Shown here piece by piece: positions 62,969-64,000 of a DNA stretch of 64,000 nt; the first letter of the stretch is position 1; each line of letters begins with the position of its first letter. The DNA comes from Tricharina praecox (Eukaryota). The notes under the pieces are model-generated. The model searched no databases. It was not told the DNA's origin and worked only from the letters and a program-made list of their open reading frames with translations. The stretch is from assembly GCF_024521635.1 (NCBI RefSeq), contig NW_026250403.1, positions 1,426,001 to 1,490,000 of the forward strand, read 5' to 3'. A program made the position numbers and the translations under genes.

Positions 62969-64000
62969 GTGGTGGAGACGACATATCGTAGGTATACTTA
63001 CTGTCGGAGGATTTAATTGGTTCGGATCATTTATTCTGCACCATTTGGTTGTATAATACTGTATAGAGCGGATCGCTGGCGAGAAAACACAGAACACGAT
63101 TCCCTTGCTTGAGTCCGCACGACTGTTGTGACGATCGACAGTACCCGCATAGGACCTCATGACTTTTCCAACCCCGAGTTTCCACGAAGATGATGCCCGC
63201 TCTTCACGGTGTGTAATGGTGAAGATTAGATATGCGAGCCAAGGAAAGGTTATCGTTATCGTTTCGCCTTTGCCTTAGCTCCCCCACGTTGACGATGAAG
63301 ATTCGGAAGCGAGGTGATGCTATGTAGAGTACTCTACATTGACATTATTAGGGTGAGTGGGTGGCTGGGGTATGCGAGACACCGCATTATCGCCTTAATG
63401 ACTAGATTGAGGCCCCGAGCAATTCCGTTCTCTATGTAGATGTCGAGGTGTTGGTCAGTTACATCGGACTGGAACAGCGGGTCAACCCCTCCTCCACGCT
63501 GAGCTTGAACCGGTACCAGCTGACGACTTCCCTTTTTTTTAGGACCAGTACATATGCTACTTGTACGCACTCGATGCAAAACTCCACTGAGCTTTATGGT
63601 TCAGCTAGATAACCGCAGTCAATCTTGCATCGGCGACTCGACGTGCGAGTGTGTTCATAGAACTGAGAGGGCTCGGCGGTAAACGATTGGCGGTTATATC
63701 TAGCCGCGATAGAAGCCAAGAACCTACCAGCCCGCCAAGTGATAAGGACCCCACGGCTTCGGTGATTACAGATTCGGCCGGATGATCGCATTGACGGGCC
63801 AACTCATGTCTCCGACTCTTTTCAGCCATGCCAACGAGAAGCTGGAGACGAACCGCTGCCAAATTGGGGATGTGGGTGAGGGTCGCTCGTGCCTGTATGT
63901 AAAACCATAGGCTTGGGTTTTCATTCCCTGGGTCCCTGCTCCGGGCGGCGCAGGCTGCAGCTTCCCGTCGCAAACTGGAGACTCTCTCTACTAGTAACCC

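Noticed and set aside
63050-64000. Protein-like minus-strand fragments interrupted by stops
   Set aside because: Could be a degraded gene but cannot be identified without a search.
1-64000. CRISPR array, operon or secondary-metabolite cluster
   Set aside because: Eukaryotic DNA with no repeat-spacer array and no backbone synthase; neighbouring genes appear functionally unrelated.

Overview
Intron-containing fungal genomic DNA from a filamentous ascomycete (Pezizomycotina). It has short GT-AG introns with CTAAC/CTGAC branch points and CT-rich 5' leaders. I can support about 20 protein-coding genes, most assembled by splicing by hand: ADP1-type ABC transporter (truncated at the left edge), ABHD12-like hydrolase, PNG1, a small secreted protein, MPDU1, ATG27, ATP12, ornithine decarboxylase antizyme, a P-loop/sulfotransferase-like protein, a secreted BBE-type FAD oxidase, a UapA/UapC purine permease, a DCAF7/AN11-type WD40 protein, a ZIP transporter, proteasome alpha-2, a PlsB/GNPAT-like acyltransferase and several hypothetical proteins. 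There is also an intron-containing tRNA-Ser(UGA), a PIF/Harbinger-like MITE, a 40-bp foldback repeat, a ~235-bp tandem duplication and microsatellites. The best-supported unusual feature is the antizyme gene: it needs splicing plus a +1 ribosomal frameshift at UCC-UGA. That biology is known, but the ORF track hides it. More speculative leads are a PTS1 (-AKL) on the GNPAT-like enzyme, a KEN-box/D-box/CDK-site orphan (possible APC/C substrate or inhibitor), a long hairpin in a probable 3' UTR, and two ORF-less regions that look transcribed. Identifications come from motif recognition only; no database searches were run.
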